Below are positions 1 to 11,860 of a stretch of 64,000 bases of DNA, piece after piece. The translations under genes and the position numbers were made by a program. The notes under the pieces are model-generated. The model was not told where the DNA came from and did not search any database. It saw only the letters and a program-made list of their open reading frames with translations. The stretch spans positions 248,001 through 312,000 of the forward strand of contig NIVC01000671.1 in assembly GCA_002269645.1 (NCBI GenBank). The letters run 5' to 3'. Every line of letters starts with the position of its first letter. Within the stretch, counting starts at the first letter, position 1. Source of the stretch: Macrostomum lignano (Eukaryota).

Positions 1-174
1 TCAAAATCATTTATTTCCGGGATTACTTTATTCGAATTTACTGTTTCCGAGTTTACTGTTTTCCATCTGTTCCACAACCGTCTACTTTCTAATCTGAACC
101 GTGTGCAGTTTCCAACAAGTTTATATCCGAAACTCAACAGCTTCCAGATGAATCCCAACCCCCCGCCATCGCAG

Positions 175-384
175 GTAATCAGAAGCCGCATGAAGGAGCT
201 GCAGTCGCCGGCAGGACGCTACAAGGTGATCTCTCTGTGCAGCATCGGAGCCAGAGGCCCGCACGGCCTCAGCATGGCCAGCCGCTGTCTGTGGGACGAT
301 TCTGTAGACAATTTTGTCAGCAGCCAGTTTGACAACAGCTCGCTGTACGCTGTAGCCACCGTGTTTGTCGTTTATCAAGAGTAG
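175..384 (+). CDS. Tctex-1 domain dynein light chain family protein (TCTEX1D/DYNLT-like), last coding exon; upstream exons lie outside the window
   Basis: Acceptor ccatcgcag|GTA at 174/175. Translation VIRSRMKELQSPAGRYKVISLCSIGARGPHGLSMASRCLWDDSVDNFVSSQFDNSSLYAVATVFVVYQE* matches the Tctex-1 C-terminal pattern (RYK...G...ASRCLWD..D.....F.N.SL..VA.VF.VY). Confidence 0.88.
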   Translation, partial: VIRSRMKELQSPAGRYKVISLCSIGARGPHGLSMASRCLWDDSVDNFVSSQFDNSSLYAVATVFVVYQE

Positions 385-915
385 ATCGCGATCGCTTGAA
401 GCTACTTACAGTAGGATGCTGGTGTTCGCTAGTGTGGAGTCCTTCGAATCTAGTTGTCCATGATTGAAATGTTGAGAAGTAATTATAGAAAATTCAAGGT
501 TATACATGTAGTCCTAGTGGTCGCCTACAGAATGAAAATGCTGTCAATAAGTCAAGTCGGTTTTTGCTGGGCATTTTTTACTGTCACTCAAACTGATATT
601 AATGCTATTTTATCGAGCAGATTTCATTTGCACTTTGATATTTAACTTTTTTCCTGTTTTCAATTAAATTTTTAGTGTTGATTTGATCAATCGCAATGTC
701 ACTTGTCACGCACTTGCGACTCTGATTTTTAAAACACATTTTAATCAAATCGAATATTTTTATCGGCTAGTTTTTTGTTTATGAATTTTTTGTTTAAAAA
801 GTGCAATTTGTAGTAACTAGTGATTCGTTCCTGATTTTTAAAAGACAAATTTATGCTTATGCACAAACAGATTTAACTACTTTTTTGGGAGAATTTAAAT
901 AAAACTGAATAAATA

Positions 916-1584
916 GAATGAAGCGGTGCCCCTGAAGGAACGGGGGGGGGGAATGAAGCGGTGCCCCTGAAGGAACGGGGGGAATGAAGCGGTGCCCCTG
1001 AAGGAACGGGGGGAATGAAGCGGTGCCCGTGAAGGAACGGGGGGAATGAAGCGGTGCCCCTGAAGGAACGGGGGGAATGAAGCGGTGCACCTGAAGAAAC
1101 GGGGGGGAATGAAGCGGTGCCCCTGAAGGAACGGGGGGAATGAAGCGGTGCCCCTGAAGGAACGGGGGGAATGAAGCGGTGACCCTGAAGAAACGGGGGG
1201 AATGAAGCGGTGCCCCTGAAGGAACGGGGGAATGAAGCGGTGCCCCTGAAGGAACGGGGGGAATGAAGCGGTGCCCCTGAAGAAACGGGGGGGAATGAAG
1301 CGGTGCCCCTGAAGGAACGGGGGGGGAATGAAGCGGTGACCCTGAAGAAACGGGGGGAATGAAGCGGTGCCCCTGAAGGAACGGGGGGGAATGAAGCGGT
1401 GCACCCGAAGGAACGGGGGAATGAAGCGGTGCCCGTGAAGAAATGGAGGGGGGGAATGAAGCGGTGCCCGTGAAGGAACGGGGGGAATGAAGCGGTGCCC
1501 CTAAAGGAACGGGGGGAATGAAGCGGTGCCCCTGAAGGAACGGGGGGTAATGAAGCGGTGCCCCTGAAAGAACGGGGGGGGGGG
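916..1584. repeat. G-rich minisatellite, ~20 copies of a 32-35 bp unit (gaatgaagcggtgcccctgaaggaacg + G5-G9)
   Basis: Direct tandem repetition; unit length varies with the G-run. Confidence 0.97.
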
Positions 1585-2122
1585 AGGCAACCACCTCTGA
1601 AGTGTCGAAGAAGCGAATACCTTGCTACGAGATTTGTCTCTAAAAAATTTGTCCTATTTTTGCTTATTCACTTGGATATTCGCTGGTATTTCCTAAACCT
1701 AGTCGCTCACTTGGTGCCTTCAGCAAGCAAAACTTTAAAGATCCTAAATAAATTTACTTCTTTAGAGAAATCACAAAGCAAAAGATCGACAGCTGTTTTA
1801 TTTTTTAATTTTCCGTTTTTTATTTAAAGTTGAAAGTGATAATTATTATATCGTAAGGTCTGTTTGGCTTCGGCTAAGACAAAAACACACGCACTGTGGA
1901 AAGCAAAGTTAGCAAGCATCGTTCCTGCATTTCCCTTGACAATACAAAGTTAACTTAGCGTGCTTTTGAAATTATTGTTGGTAAATTGATGGCTATAGTC
2001 ATAAAAAGCTTTGTCAATCTAGCCAAAAGTGAAAAAAAGGTTTCGAATTGTACGGTATTGCTTATCTTAGAAAATTGTTGGCTTTTGTGCGTCACTTCAG
2101 CCTCTCAGAGTCTCGGGTTCCA

Positions 2123-3349
2123 CTACTCGCTGGCGGCTGAGGCTGGAGGAGCCGCTGTTGAGTCGCCGGACGCTTCTTTGTCGTCGGCCTTCTTCGGCTC
2201 TTCTTGATCTTTCTTCGACTCTTCGACCACGGCGTCCTCCTTGCCGACCGTCGTGTCGTTGTCGCTTCGCTCCGGCTTTGGCTTGGCGTTCTCTTTGCCG
2301 GTCTCCTCGCAGTCGCTGGCAGTGGACTCGCTGCCGCCGCTGGCCTTGTTGTTTCCGGCCTCCTGGCCGCCCTTGCCGTCCGTCGAGCGCTTCTGTCGAC
2401 GCCGACTCTGTCGATTGCGACGCTTCTTGGATGAGCCCGACGAATTGGCGCTGCCGGCCTTGTGCTCATCCAGGTGGCTCTTCATCGCTTGGACGCTGGC
2501 CTCGATAATGTCCTTGAATGCGTCCAGATCCTCGGCTGGCACGTGCATGATGCTCCGGTACTCACGGGTCACCTGCGACACCTTCAGGTAGTGAGCCTCA
2601 TCGTCGCGGATCATGTCTAGGTAGAATTTAGAGCCGTCCGCACAGTGCAGCGACTTGGTGTGGTAGAGCGGCGACTCGGCCGAGGCCACAATCACATCAT
2701 TGAGAGCCTCTTTCACCTTCATGAGGTAGCTGGTCTCCAGCGGGATGGACACCGCGGCGAGCTCTTTCCGGTCGTGCGGATCGCGAGCTCGAGCTTCCGC
2801 CACGATCCGGATGGCGTACAGGCGGGACTCTGGCGGCACTTCCGGTCCGCTCTGGCAGGCGACCAGCGCTCTGAACACCGTGTCCTCGTGGCTGAGGCCC
2901 TGGCTGGCTGGCAGGCTGCCAGAAGTGGACGGTCGCCACTTCGACAGCTTGTGCAGCTGCTGGATGAACGGCACGACTAGGGCCTCCGGAATGCTGACCG
3001 AGCTAGTTCGATTCTCGTAGGAGCCCTCGCACTGCGAGAACACCAAGCTCGGCTTGTTGCCCTTGCCAACAGCGACGCTGACCACGAGGACTCGGTTCTC
3101 GTTCAGCTGGATGGTAACTTTCTTGAAGCGTCGGTTCAGAACGCGGGGCGACAGCTTAGCCGGTCGGCTTCTCTGGTACTCCATCTCGAGCGGATGCTGG
3201 TAGATAAAGTAGCCATTGTAGTGCATGGGCTGCTCCGGCTGCGGATAAGCCATGCCATAGTAGCAGTTGTTGTTGCTTGAGCGGCGCTGCGAATGAAAGT
3301 AGCGATAAGACATGGCTGGGCTGCTCGCGCTTGGGGCTGCTGTGTTCAA
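2123..3349 (-). CDS. Intronless, divergent Pur-alpha/PUR-repeat nucleic-acid-binding protein (~400 aa; first ATG at 3313)
   Basis: Long GC-rich ORF. Segment HTKSLHCADGSKFYLDMIRDDEAHYLKVSQVTREYRSIMHVPAEDLDAFKDII fits a PUR repeat (S..KRFY.D.......FL.VSEV....R.SI.VP). Two more degenerate repeats lie upstream, followed by a basic/acidic disordered tail. Confidence 0.68.
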   Translation of the reverse strand: MNTAAPSASSPAMSYRYFHSQRRSSNNNCYYGMAYPQPEQPMHYNGYFIYQHPLEMEYQRSRPAKLSPRVLNRRFKKVTIQLNENRVLVVSVAVGKGNKPSLVFSQCEGSYENRTSSVSIPEALVVPFIQQLHKLSKWRPSTSGSLPASQGLSHEDTVFRALVACQSGPEVPPESRLYAIRIVAEARARDPHDRKELAAVSIPLETSYLMKVKEALNDVIVASAESPLYHTKSLHCADGSKFYLDMIRDDEAHYLKVSQVTREYRSIMHVPAEDLDAFKDIIEASVQAMKSHLDEHKAGSANSSGSSKKRRNRQSRRRQKRSTDGKGGQEAGNNKASGGSESTASDCEETGKENAKPKPERSDNDTTVGKEDAVVEESKKDQEEPKKADDKEASGDSTAAPPASAASE

Positions 3350-3984
3350 CTAGCTTATACGGTCAACAAGCCACTGATTTGGCGATGTGAAAGCTGGACA
3401 TTGGTTTGTTTAGGCCCTGCTGATTCTAAAATACAAGCGGGGTGCTGGGTTTGATAATGGCAAAAAGGGGGCTGGGCTTAGCCGAGGCCGCGCCTTGATT
3501 GGCTGGAGGAGACGAGAATCAAACTAGGCTGAAGTTGGGGGTGGGGTTGTGGGTAAAGTCAGCACGCCACCCACCACACAAGGGCTTTAGCTATCTGTTT
3601 TCCACTGACTGCACTTAACATCTGCCCCCCGCTGTGCGGTTGTAATTAGGTAATGGGGTGAGCCAATTATAATTGATTAATTTTGGAATACCTACTGTGC
3701 TAATAAATGTGGGCTCCACACCCAGCTTGCCGAGACATTGCATGCTGCATTTTCGCTCACCGCACACTTAACTTAGTCTGCGTGATGTGGTCTTCTCTTT
3801 TTTCTTTAATACGAGAATCTTTCACACTTGAAGACTTTACAAAACGTGTCACATATTATGTAGCTTAATTTGGCAGTATGACCACCTATATAAATCTCGA
3901 CCATGCAAATGGGTCATAAAAACTCATTGCAGAATGTGTAGCGTCGAATGCTAACTAATTTTACTGTAACTATATGTTTACGTA

Positions 3985-5230
3985 ACGTATTCTGAAGAAG
4001 CCGGGCACCACACGGCTTGAGGAGCACCGAGGTATCTGCCTACAGTCCTGCGCTGCGAAGCTGTTCAACTGGATGCTGCAATCACGGTTACAGACCGTGC
4101 TGCATGAGGATCCGTATTTACGGCTTAAGCGAAACGGGTTCCGGAGCCATTGCGGTACAGTGGCGCAGATCCTGGCTCTTCGCCGAGTCATCGAGGAAGC
4201 GCGGACCCGCAAGTAGAGTCTGATTGCTCTTTTTACGATTATTGACTTCAGGAAGGCTTTCGACTCGGTCGTGACGGCCGTGCTCCCAAATGGTGCTCGT
4301 ACATATAATGTGCCAGAGCAGCTGATTTCCGCCGTCATGGCGCTGTATCATATGGCACGAGCGCGGCTGTGCGAACATCGAATGGCCTGTCGGATTTCTT
4401 TGAGACATCCTCTGATGTGCTTAGGGAGATACGCTTGTGCCGTTCCTGCTCATCCTGGTGCTTGACTGGGTGCTGCAGATTGCTCTCTCTTCTATAACGA
4501 CGATCTGGTTTCCTGCTACAGCGACGCGTGGGTCGATGCCAACTAGAGAGGCAGCTCAGTGTGCTTGACTACGCCGACGATCTCGCCTGGCCTGCTGTCC
4601 TCGACCGTCGAGGGCGCCCAGCGCCAGCTGGACCGGCTGGTAAGCGTGTCGGATTGGTGGTCAACTAGCTCGCAGAAGACCGTCGTGTTCTGCGTGCCGG
4701 ACGAAATCGAGGCTGCGATTCTGCCGAGGCGCTGACGGACAGGTGATGAAGATTCCGCGCTGTCAGCAGTTCATCTTATACCTTGGCGGTCTGGTGCCTG
4801 ACGTTCGCGAGGATTTGCGACGTCGCCGTGGACTTCCCTGGGCTGCATACGTGAGAGGGAGCTGCATACATTCCGCTCCGTGAGAAGGCTGTCCTGCAGT
4901 TTGAGGCCTTGACTGACCGCCAAAGGGCGGCGTTTTTCCAGGCGATGATCGAGGCCGTCCTTTTGTACAACGCCGAGACCTGGAAGCTGACGGATTCGCT
5001 CGAACAGCAGGTCGATGCAACGCACGCTGGCCTGCTGCGCGCTCCGCCTTTAAGATCGGCTACGAGCCATATGTCACCAATGCGGTACTCTATTCGTGGG
5101 CCCTGTTCCGTCCCAGCGAACTGTTGCACCGTCGGCGACTCTAGCTGGAGGCCGCAGCTAGGCCACATCCGAGCCGAGTAGTACTGGCTACAGCCGGCGG
5201 TGCTGCTGCTGACACGTACTGCAGGCACCC
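3985..5230 (+). mobile_element. Degenerate non-LTR retrotransposon (RTE-like LINE) reverse transcriptase remnant
   Basis: Broken frames encode KKPG..RLEEHRGICLQSCAAKLFNWML...NGFRS..GTVAQILALRRVIEE, IDFRKAFDSV, VLDYADDLA and MIEAVLLYNAETW, with stops and frameshifts. Confidence 0.88.
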
Positions 5231-7475
5231 TACCGGCGGGGATAGGCGCGCGCCGCGCATTTGGCGTTTCGTCGACTGCCTGCTGGCTGATACCGGCGCC
5301 CCGGACACAGTCAGCGGTGCGGCCTACGTTTGCGCCCGGAGGCCCTGAAACGCGCCCTGTGACGAATCATATGTCCCACGCTTGCCTTAATGGCTGAAAA
5401 TAATGCAGTTAGCATCAAAATGCATGTGTACATAAGGTACATATGTAAGTAATTCAAACGAGGACATATGTACATTGTAAATCGAAAAGAGGACAATCAA
5501 GGCCTGTTCAAATTCTTTGGTTAAATTAAAAATATTAAGCTGGTACACATTTTTTGAATGCTTTTTTAGCACAAAATTTTCGACGCATTAAAAAACTCGC
5601 ATGACTGAAAATACATGTAAATTTGGTCTTTAAGAGCGAAATAGACTCCTATTAAGGAGGAAAGTTATGTGAAGACTAGTTAATTAAAAACGCTTCGCAT
5701 CCCATAAAAGAATACATAAACATAAAAATGATACAATAATCCTTTATTATAGCACTCGTGACTATATCCTTTACGTACAATATGTTGTGCATGATAATAA
5801 TGCATGAGTGTACAGTGTGTACTTATATGTATGCTTATGATTTAAAGGGTAATGCAACGCTATAAAAAATAAACATAACACACTGAAAAGTCATCGTAAT
5901 TTGTGTTGTCGTCCTTGTAGATTATAGTGCACAGGATTTCGATTTACTGTATCTTTGGCTTTATTAAGCGCTTAGTAATCATTAACAATAACTTTAAGCT
6001 ATTAAGTATATCAAGTGAGCAATTGGCTATTAAGATAACTATGCTAACATGTGCATTTCATCTATTAACGGTAAAAAATTTTGTTTTGCTGTTTCTTTTT
6101 ATGCGCGTGCGTTTGACTAAACAAATTACGTGATTTTGGCTCAGCATGCATGCATGCAATTAGAGCAATGAGGAATAGTTTGAAAAATAGTAAGTTTGTG
6201 TTTAATTTGAGTCTGGTTAAACTGATTAATTTCATTTATCCAAACAACACAATTTTGGGAAGTCAGTCGTCAGATCACATTTGTTTATAATAAGCTAGGC
6301 TTAGCGCTCAACCAATTCTAGAACTCTAGTCTAGAGTCTAGGTAGTGATCATGGTGCCACGACTGTTAAGCATGACGCATGAGTAGGCCTAAGTGTAGTG
6401 GATGGAACTGAAGTACCATTTATTAATAAACAGTAGGACTTCATTGTAGCAAGTTATTTTTTGTGCTTTTTCATGTTTTTATAGGCTTTAAGATCATGGC
6501 TCTGTAGGCAGGCCTAACTGAAATGAATTTATTCTTTCTAAGGCCTATGTTGTATATGTCTAGGCCTAGGCCACATCCACATGCTATTAAGTTAGAAAAT
6601 TTGTTGTAACTTTGTTGTAAGAAAAATTGGATCATAGTTTGGCATATATATAATTAATAATTATATAATATTAATATATATGATTATAGCAATTGTCAAC
6701 TTCCATTTGTTAAATTACTTTGACTCTAGGTGCTAGGAAATTATTCTATGATTATGAACTATTTTAAGTAATAATATACTATCATTGACTACTTTTAAGA
6801 GACTTAAGCCTAAGTGAGCACTTTCTATACTTCAAAGCTTGTTATAAAATATATTTATTATTTGACACTAGAGCCAAACCAGGATAAAAAAATCTGGTCA
6901 GGCAGGATCAGGCAAGATTGAATTCACATAGTTGGGACTTGGGATTGGTTGGGTTGGGATTGAGATCAATGTCTAGGGGCCTACCATTGGCATCCAGGCT
7001 TATTTAGGTATAAGATAGCTAAGGATGCATTTATTAGGCCCTATAATACCACACTCAGGAACAGGAAGGTTACATGTAAGCCAGAATTCTCCAGCGTACC
7101 ATTGAAAAGTTTGGCTATTTTGGCGTACCACTTTGAGCTCAAGAAATTTTTGGTATACCAATTTTGGTGAATAAATTCATGCCTAAAATTAAAAAAAAAA
7201 TTAACCCTTTTTAGTTTTTACGTAAAATGAAAGAAAATTTGTATAGTCTAGAAAGTCAATGATAAACTTTTTGCTTTTTTAAAATCACAATAAATAAAAC
7301 TTGTGTAAATTATTGCTAAGAATGTAAATTTTGCATTCTTTTTTCTGTAGGTTTAATTTTAAGTTTGTTTAAAATGAAAATATTTGTAATATTCCCTATT
7401 GGAATAAATGTCTAATAAATGGAATAAATGGAATAAATAAAAGAGTCAAACTATTTTACCGCGCTTTAGGATTAT

Positions 7476-7786
7476 TAGAGATGTTCCGAAAGATCTGCAG
7501 TTTTGTCGAAATCAAAATTCGCTAACTTTCCAAAATCAAAATTGAAATTTCCCGAAATCATAATTCAGAAAAACAAAGTTTAGTATGATCAACACTCACT
7601 TTTTTACTTTCAATTTACTGCTTAAGCAAAAAGTAATACATGTATATATAGTAGAAAGTAGTTTATTTTTAGTGACTTTTTAGACACTACCAAAATTTTC
7701 ACTTCTAAATTTTATTTCAAAATTGAAATTCGCTCTAAAAATTTCAAATTTTGGAAAATTGAAATTGAATTTTCGGAACATCTCTA
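7476..7786. mobile_element. hAT-like MITE (~310 bp)
   Basis: Terminal inverted repeats tagagatgttccgaaa / tttcggaacatctcta; candidate 8-bp TSD matches at only 5/8 positions. Confidence 0.6.
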
Positions 7787-8312
7787 AGCTTAATAAATTA
7801 TGAGTGTATAAGCCCCTTCAACAAAGGTATTATACCCATTTCCATGTATATGTATTTGCTAGAGTAGCAGCCAGTAAGAAAGGGCAGCGCGCGCAGGCGC
7901 TGCGCCTGTGCGCGCGCTGCGCTTTAGAAAAATTTCAAAAGTGCGCCGGACACCGTCCACGGTTTTACAACTTTTTCCTATAGGGGTAATATTTGAAAGA
8001 ATTTTCGTACAAAAGCCTTTCTTAGAAAATTCTATTCGTGAAAACCAAATGACCTTTTTAGGAGGAATTTTTGGCGTACATTTTAGGGAAATTTTTTGTT
8101 TTTGGTATACATTGGCATACATTTAGCTGAGATAGGATTATTGTTCCAGCATACACTACTACACGATCCAAACCGTGGTTATAATATAGGCATATATATT
8201 AATAATCAAACAAGTATTATTATTATTACTAGTATTATATTAGCCTAATTTATAGTTTAGTATAAGTTAGTACTACTAGAGTGTGGAGCCCAGTCAAAGG
8301 GTTTGACCAAAT

Positions 8313-11043
8313 GGTTCCTGGACACTTCATCATCTCACCACTTCGTCATCCACTTACTAATGTAGACACTTTGTCATCTACTCCCTAGACACTTTGTTAT
8401 CCACTCTTTATATGAAAAACTTTGCTATATATAACATGTATACTAGTACATGCAACTACATAACTATATAAAGATAAAGATTAAACATTATACATGTATA
8501 TGTATCTACATATAGTCGCCCTCCTTTCACATTCTAGGCTTGGGACCAGACAATGGTGGAGTTACAACCCACAAAGATAGTCATTAAATACCGTAATTTG
8601 TAGCTAGATGTAGGCACAAAGATCACTAATTTCACAAAGCACAAAGAGAATAGCATTAAGACCTATACATTTAAATTACTGCAGAATTAATAGTACCAGC
8701 TACTATTAAGCAAAAATGTAGCTAAGTAAAATTTCAAAGTTGCACAATTGCAAGTGTGATTTTTTCCGAACAGAATAATTCCATGGCTGATTTTAAAAAT
8801 CAAGCAAGAACTTATGTACATTTAATAAATACTTACTGATGGCCTTGCACTTGACCGCCAAACCGAGGGATGTGACCCAGGTGAGAGCAGCTAAGCAGGA
8901 AGCTGTGGATAGAGAGTTCACCAGCTCAATATTTAGCCCAGTTGCGCTCTGCAGACTCCTGCAGCTGCTAGTAACGCAACTTGCACTGACGCTCTTAGGC
9001 TTCTTGCTCATGCACCAGGGAGGCGTAAACTGGCACAAGCTTGGCTTCCTTGTGCAGCAACTCCATCAGCGGATATAGAGTCAGCTGGGTGTGCTCTGCC
9101 CGCTGCTTTAGTCGCCGGTGCCAGCCTTCGCACTCGTTGTTAGTTCAAATCAACTGGGCAAACACGCTTATCTCTTGGACACTATGCACATTGCTATCCA
9201 GCTAGATGCTAGTGACATACTCGGCAAGGTCAAGTAGTGCTAGAGACTGAACACTAGCGATAACCTGGGCAAGCCCATCAGTCATGTGTTTGCCTGGCAG
9301 ATAAGGCAGCGTCATCAGCAAGCAGCAGAATTCTCGCGTGCCAGGGTCCTCGAGATAGGCTTGCTAGAGGCCTATGTGTTGTACATGGCAAAAAATTGCT
9401 TGGGAGTAGTAGAATAGGCAGCCCTGCAATTTAGCACAAGGAAAAACAGAGCGCAATGACTGCTAGACAGCAGCTTCAAAATCAAGCACGCATGACTTAG
9501 GACCTGCCTAGCCTCCAATTACATTCTTAAGTAAATTAAAGATAGAATTGTAATCATGTACAAACTTCCCTGACATCAAAGCAAACACAAGCAGAACATT
9601 CTTCAAAGTAGTGCCTTGGTGCAAATAACAATGGATCGAATATAGCTGCTTGAACAGTAGACGCACTATGTCAAATGTGCTGTCCATTAACCATAGACTG
9701 CGGGATGATAGGAGGATTGCTTGGTGATTTGTGTACATGACAATGTGCCCTTTACCTGTTCTTTCCACTCTGATGTTGTGGGTGACAAATCTTTCTGGCA
9801 AGTATTCCCGTGCCAAGTCAAACTAGAGGTTCTCTGGCAGCTTTGGACGGCCTGCTTCGCGCATTCGTTTAGTGGCATGAACCAAATTGGCGATGCTTGT
9901 CATGGCCGGGGTGTTGCAGAGTTCAGGGTGCTCCTGCAGTCTACATGTAAGTTAGGATTGGATATCTTACAAGAAATACATGTACATAAATATATAAGGT
10001 GAGGCTGGCGGCTCACCTCAACAGCATGTGCAGCTCTATGGAAAGTTCCCTTGGCTAGACAGCTCTTGATATTCTTCCTTAGAAATTCCTGTGCCACAAG
10101 GCAAACAACGGTGCTGCCATTGCTGACAAATTTCACATTGAAGCACTTGCTGTTTTTTGCTAACTGGCTCTTGACAAAAAATGCAGATGTCTGCCATTTT
10201 GACTTATAAACTAGCTGTTTCTTACATGTATTTGCTTTTCATATGTGATTTTATGCACTATATTTATAATAAAATTCTAGTTGGAGTAGGCTGGCCACTT
10301 CAGTCTTGAGGGATATGACCATCTCTGCACCTGCACCCCTCTTGGATCCGCCACTGTGGTTAGTTGGTTGGAGAATTGGCATGTTGCACTCATAGACACA
10401 AATACATGTTAGGGCTTAGCACATTTAGGGGGTGAAAATGCTCTAGCTCAGACTGTATGCATGTGAAGGGTTGGTTTAGTCCCTGCAGGTGTAGCAAAGA
10501 GAAATCCATTACGTAACATCACTCTAGCTCAGATTGTATAGGGTTGTGATTCAAGGGTTAGTTAAGTCCCTGCAGGTGGAGCAAGGAGAAATCCATGGCC
10601 ACATAATTTGTTGCCTCCCCTGGGTTGTAGAAGTGATAATGCCAATTTTAGGCTTTATCAAGGAAGCAAAAATAATGATTAGAGCTTGGCAAATTTGAAC
10701 ATAGAACAAAATTACAATGAGCACTAGTATCTATGTATGTACTTGTACATTAAAGTGTATGTATAGAAACTGTGTATACATTGTGTATATTGGATGACAA
10801 TTATAGCGACAACAGACTAAATTGACTAATATGATTGAGTAACAATATAACAATTATAATTTATAACAATAACAATCAAATAACAATTTACAGCGTTGCT
10901 AAATCTTGGGATGACAGTGTCCTCAAAATTTGGTCACTTCGTCATTTAGATTTACTAACAATTTTTTGATATGACAAAGCATCCAAAAACCATGGTCACT
11001 TTGTCACTTTGTCATCATTTAGATGACAAAGTGTCCAGGAACC
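8313..11043 (-). mobile_element. Mutator-like (MULE) DNA transposon with inactivated transposase (~8793-10197, minus)
   Basis: TIRs ggttcctggacactt.tcatct / agatgacaaagtgtccaggaacc with subterminal gtcatc repeats. Translation gives LMDSTFDIV..LFKQLYSIH, LVFALMSGK, VLDFEAAV*, GCLFYYSQA and *TNNECEGWHRRL, all MULE DDE core motifs. Flanks gaccaaat/aaccaaac are a possible degenerate TSD. Confidence 0.9.
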
Positions 11044-11159
11044 AACCAAACTGTGAGTTTGAGCCAAGTATTTAAGTCAAGTTCTATTGAGTAATTGAGT
11101 AGAATGAAAATTTGGTAATTGGTGAATTTCTAACCTCAACCTTGCCCACACTCTGGATC

Positions 11160-11860
11160 ATGTAGTATGTGCCCAAAAATTGGGTGTGCATTGGCCTTGC
11201 ATGCCAAAATTAGGTATGCATAGTTGGCATGCATCACTCTTAAGAAAATAGTATATGTGCATACCTAGTATGCACTTTATAGAATCGTGTGTGAAAGTTA
11301 TTGTGAAGTAGAAAAAAAAGAAAAAAGTTAAGTTAATTTTTAAGCATAAATTTCAAGGTTTCCTGTTTTTTTTAAGCTCATAAAAATGTAAACAAATCTT
11401 TGCATGTATCAATTTTTTGCTATAAATAGTATAGTATTGCTGAAAAAACATAAAAATCAACCAGATTATCTGCTAATAAGGATCTATTATGCAATTTAGA
11501 AAAGGTCATTTATTGTTGCAATACTGGCATATTTTTGAAAATGGGTGTGCACTATTTTTTAGCATGTATTTATATTTATTCAATTTTTGTTTAGGGCACA
11601 CCTAAACATGATCTGGACTATGGAACCTTGTTCAATTTGACTATTGTCATTTTTTGGAATAAACTTTATATTTTTCATTTTGTTAATGTTAGTATTTCCA
11701 GTAGTTATAGATTCTCAAATAACACTTAAGCACTAAATTGTACTTTTCAATTATTTTTTGTTTAAGTAAATTAATTGATTCATTTAAGTGGACATATTCT
11801 AGGAAATCAGAATAAAGTCTATGGCCAAAACATTTTAATTTATTTGAACTGAATTAGTTC
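11160..11860. repeat. Old dispersed repeat, copy 1 (related copy at ~49130-49560)
   Basis: Shared blocks gcattggccttgcatgccaaaa.taggc/tatgca...ggcatgcatcactc.taagaaaa and aaagtctatggccaaa in both places. Confidence 0.75.

Noticed and set aside
857-1594. 245-aa and 169-aa Pro-rich ORFs
   Set aside because: Translations of a minisatellite whose unit length is not a constant multiple of 3.
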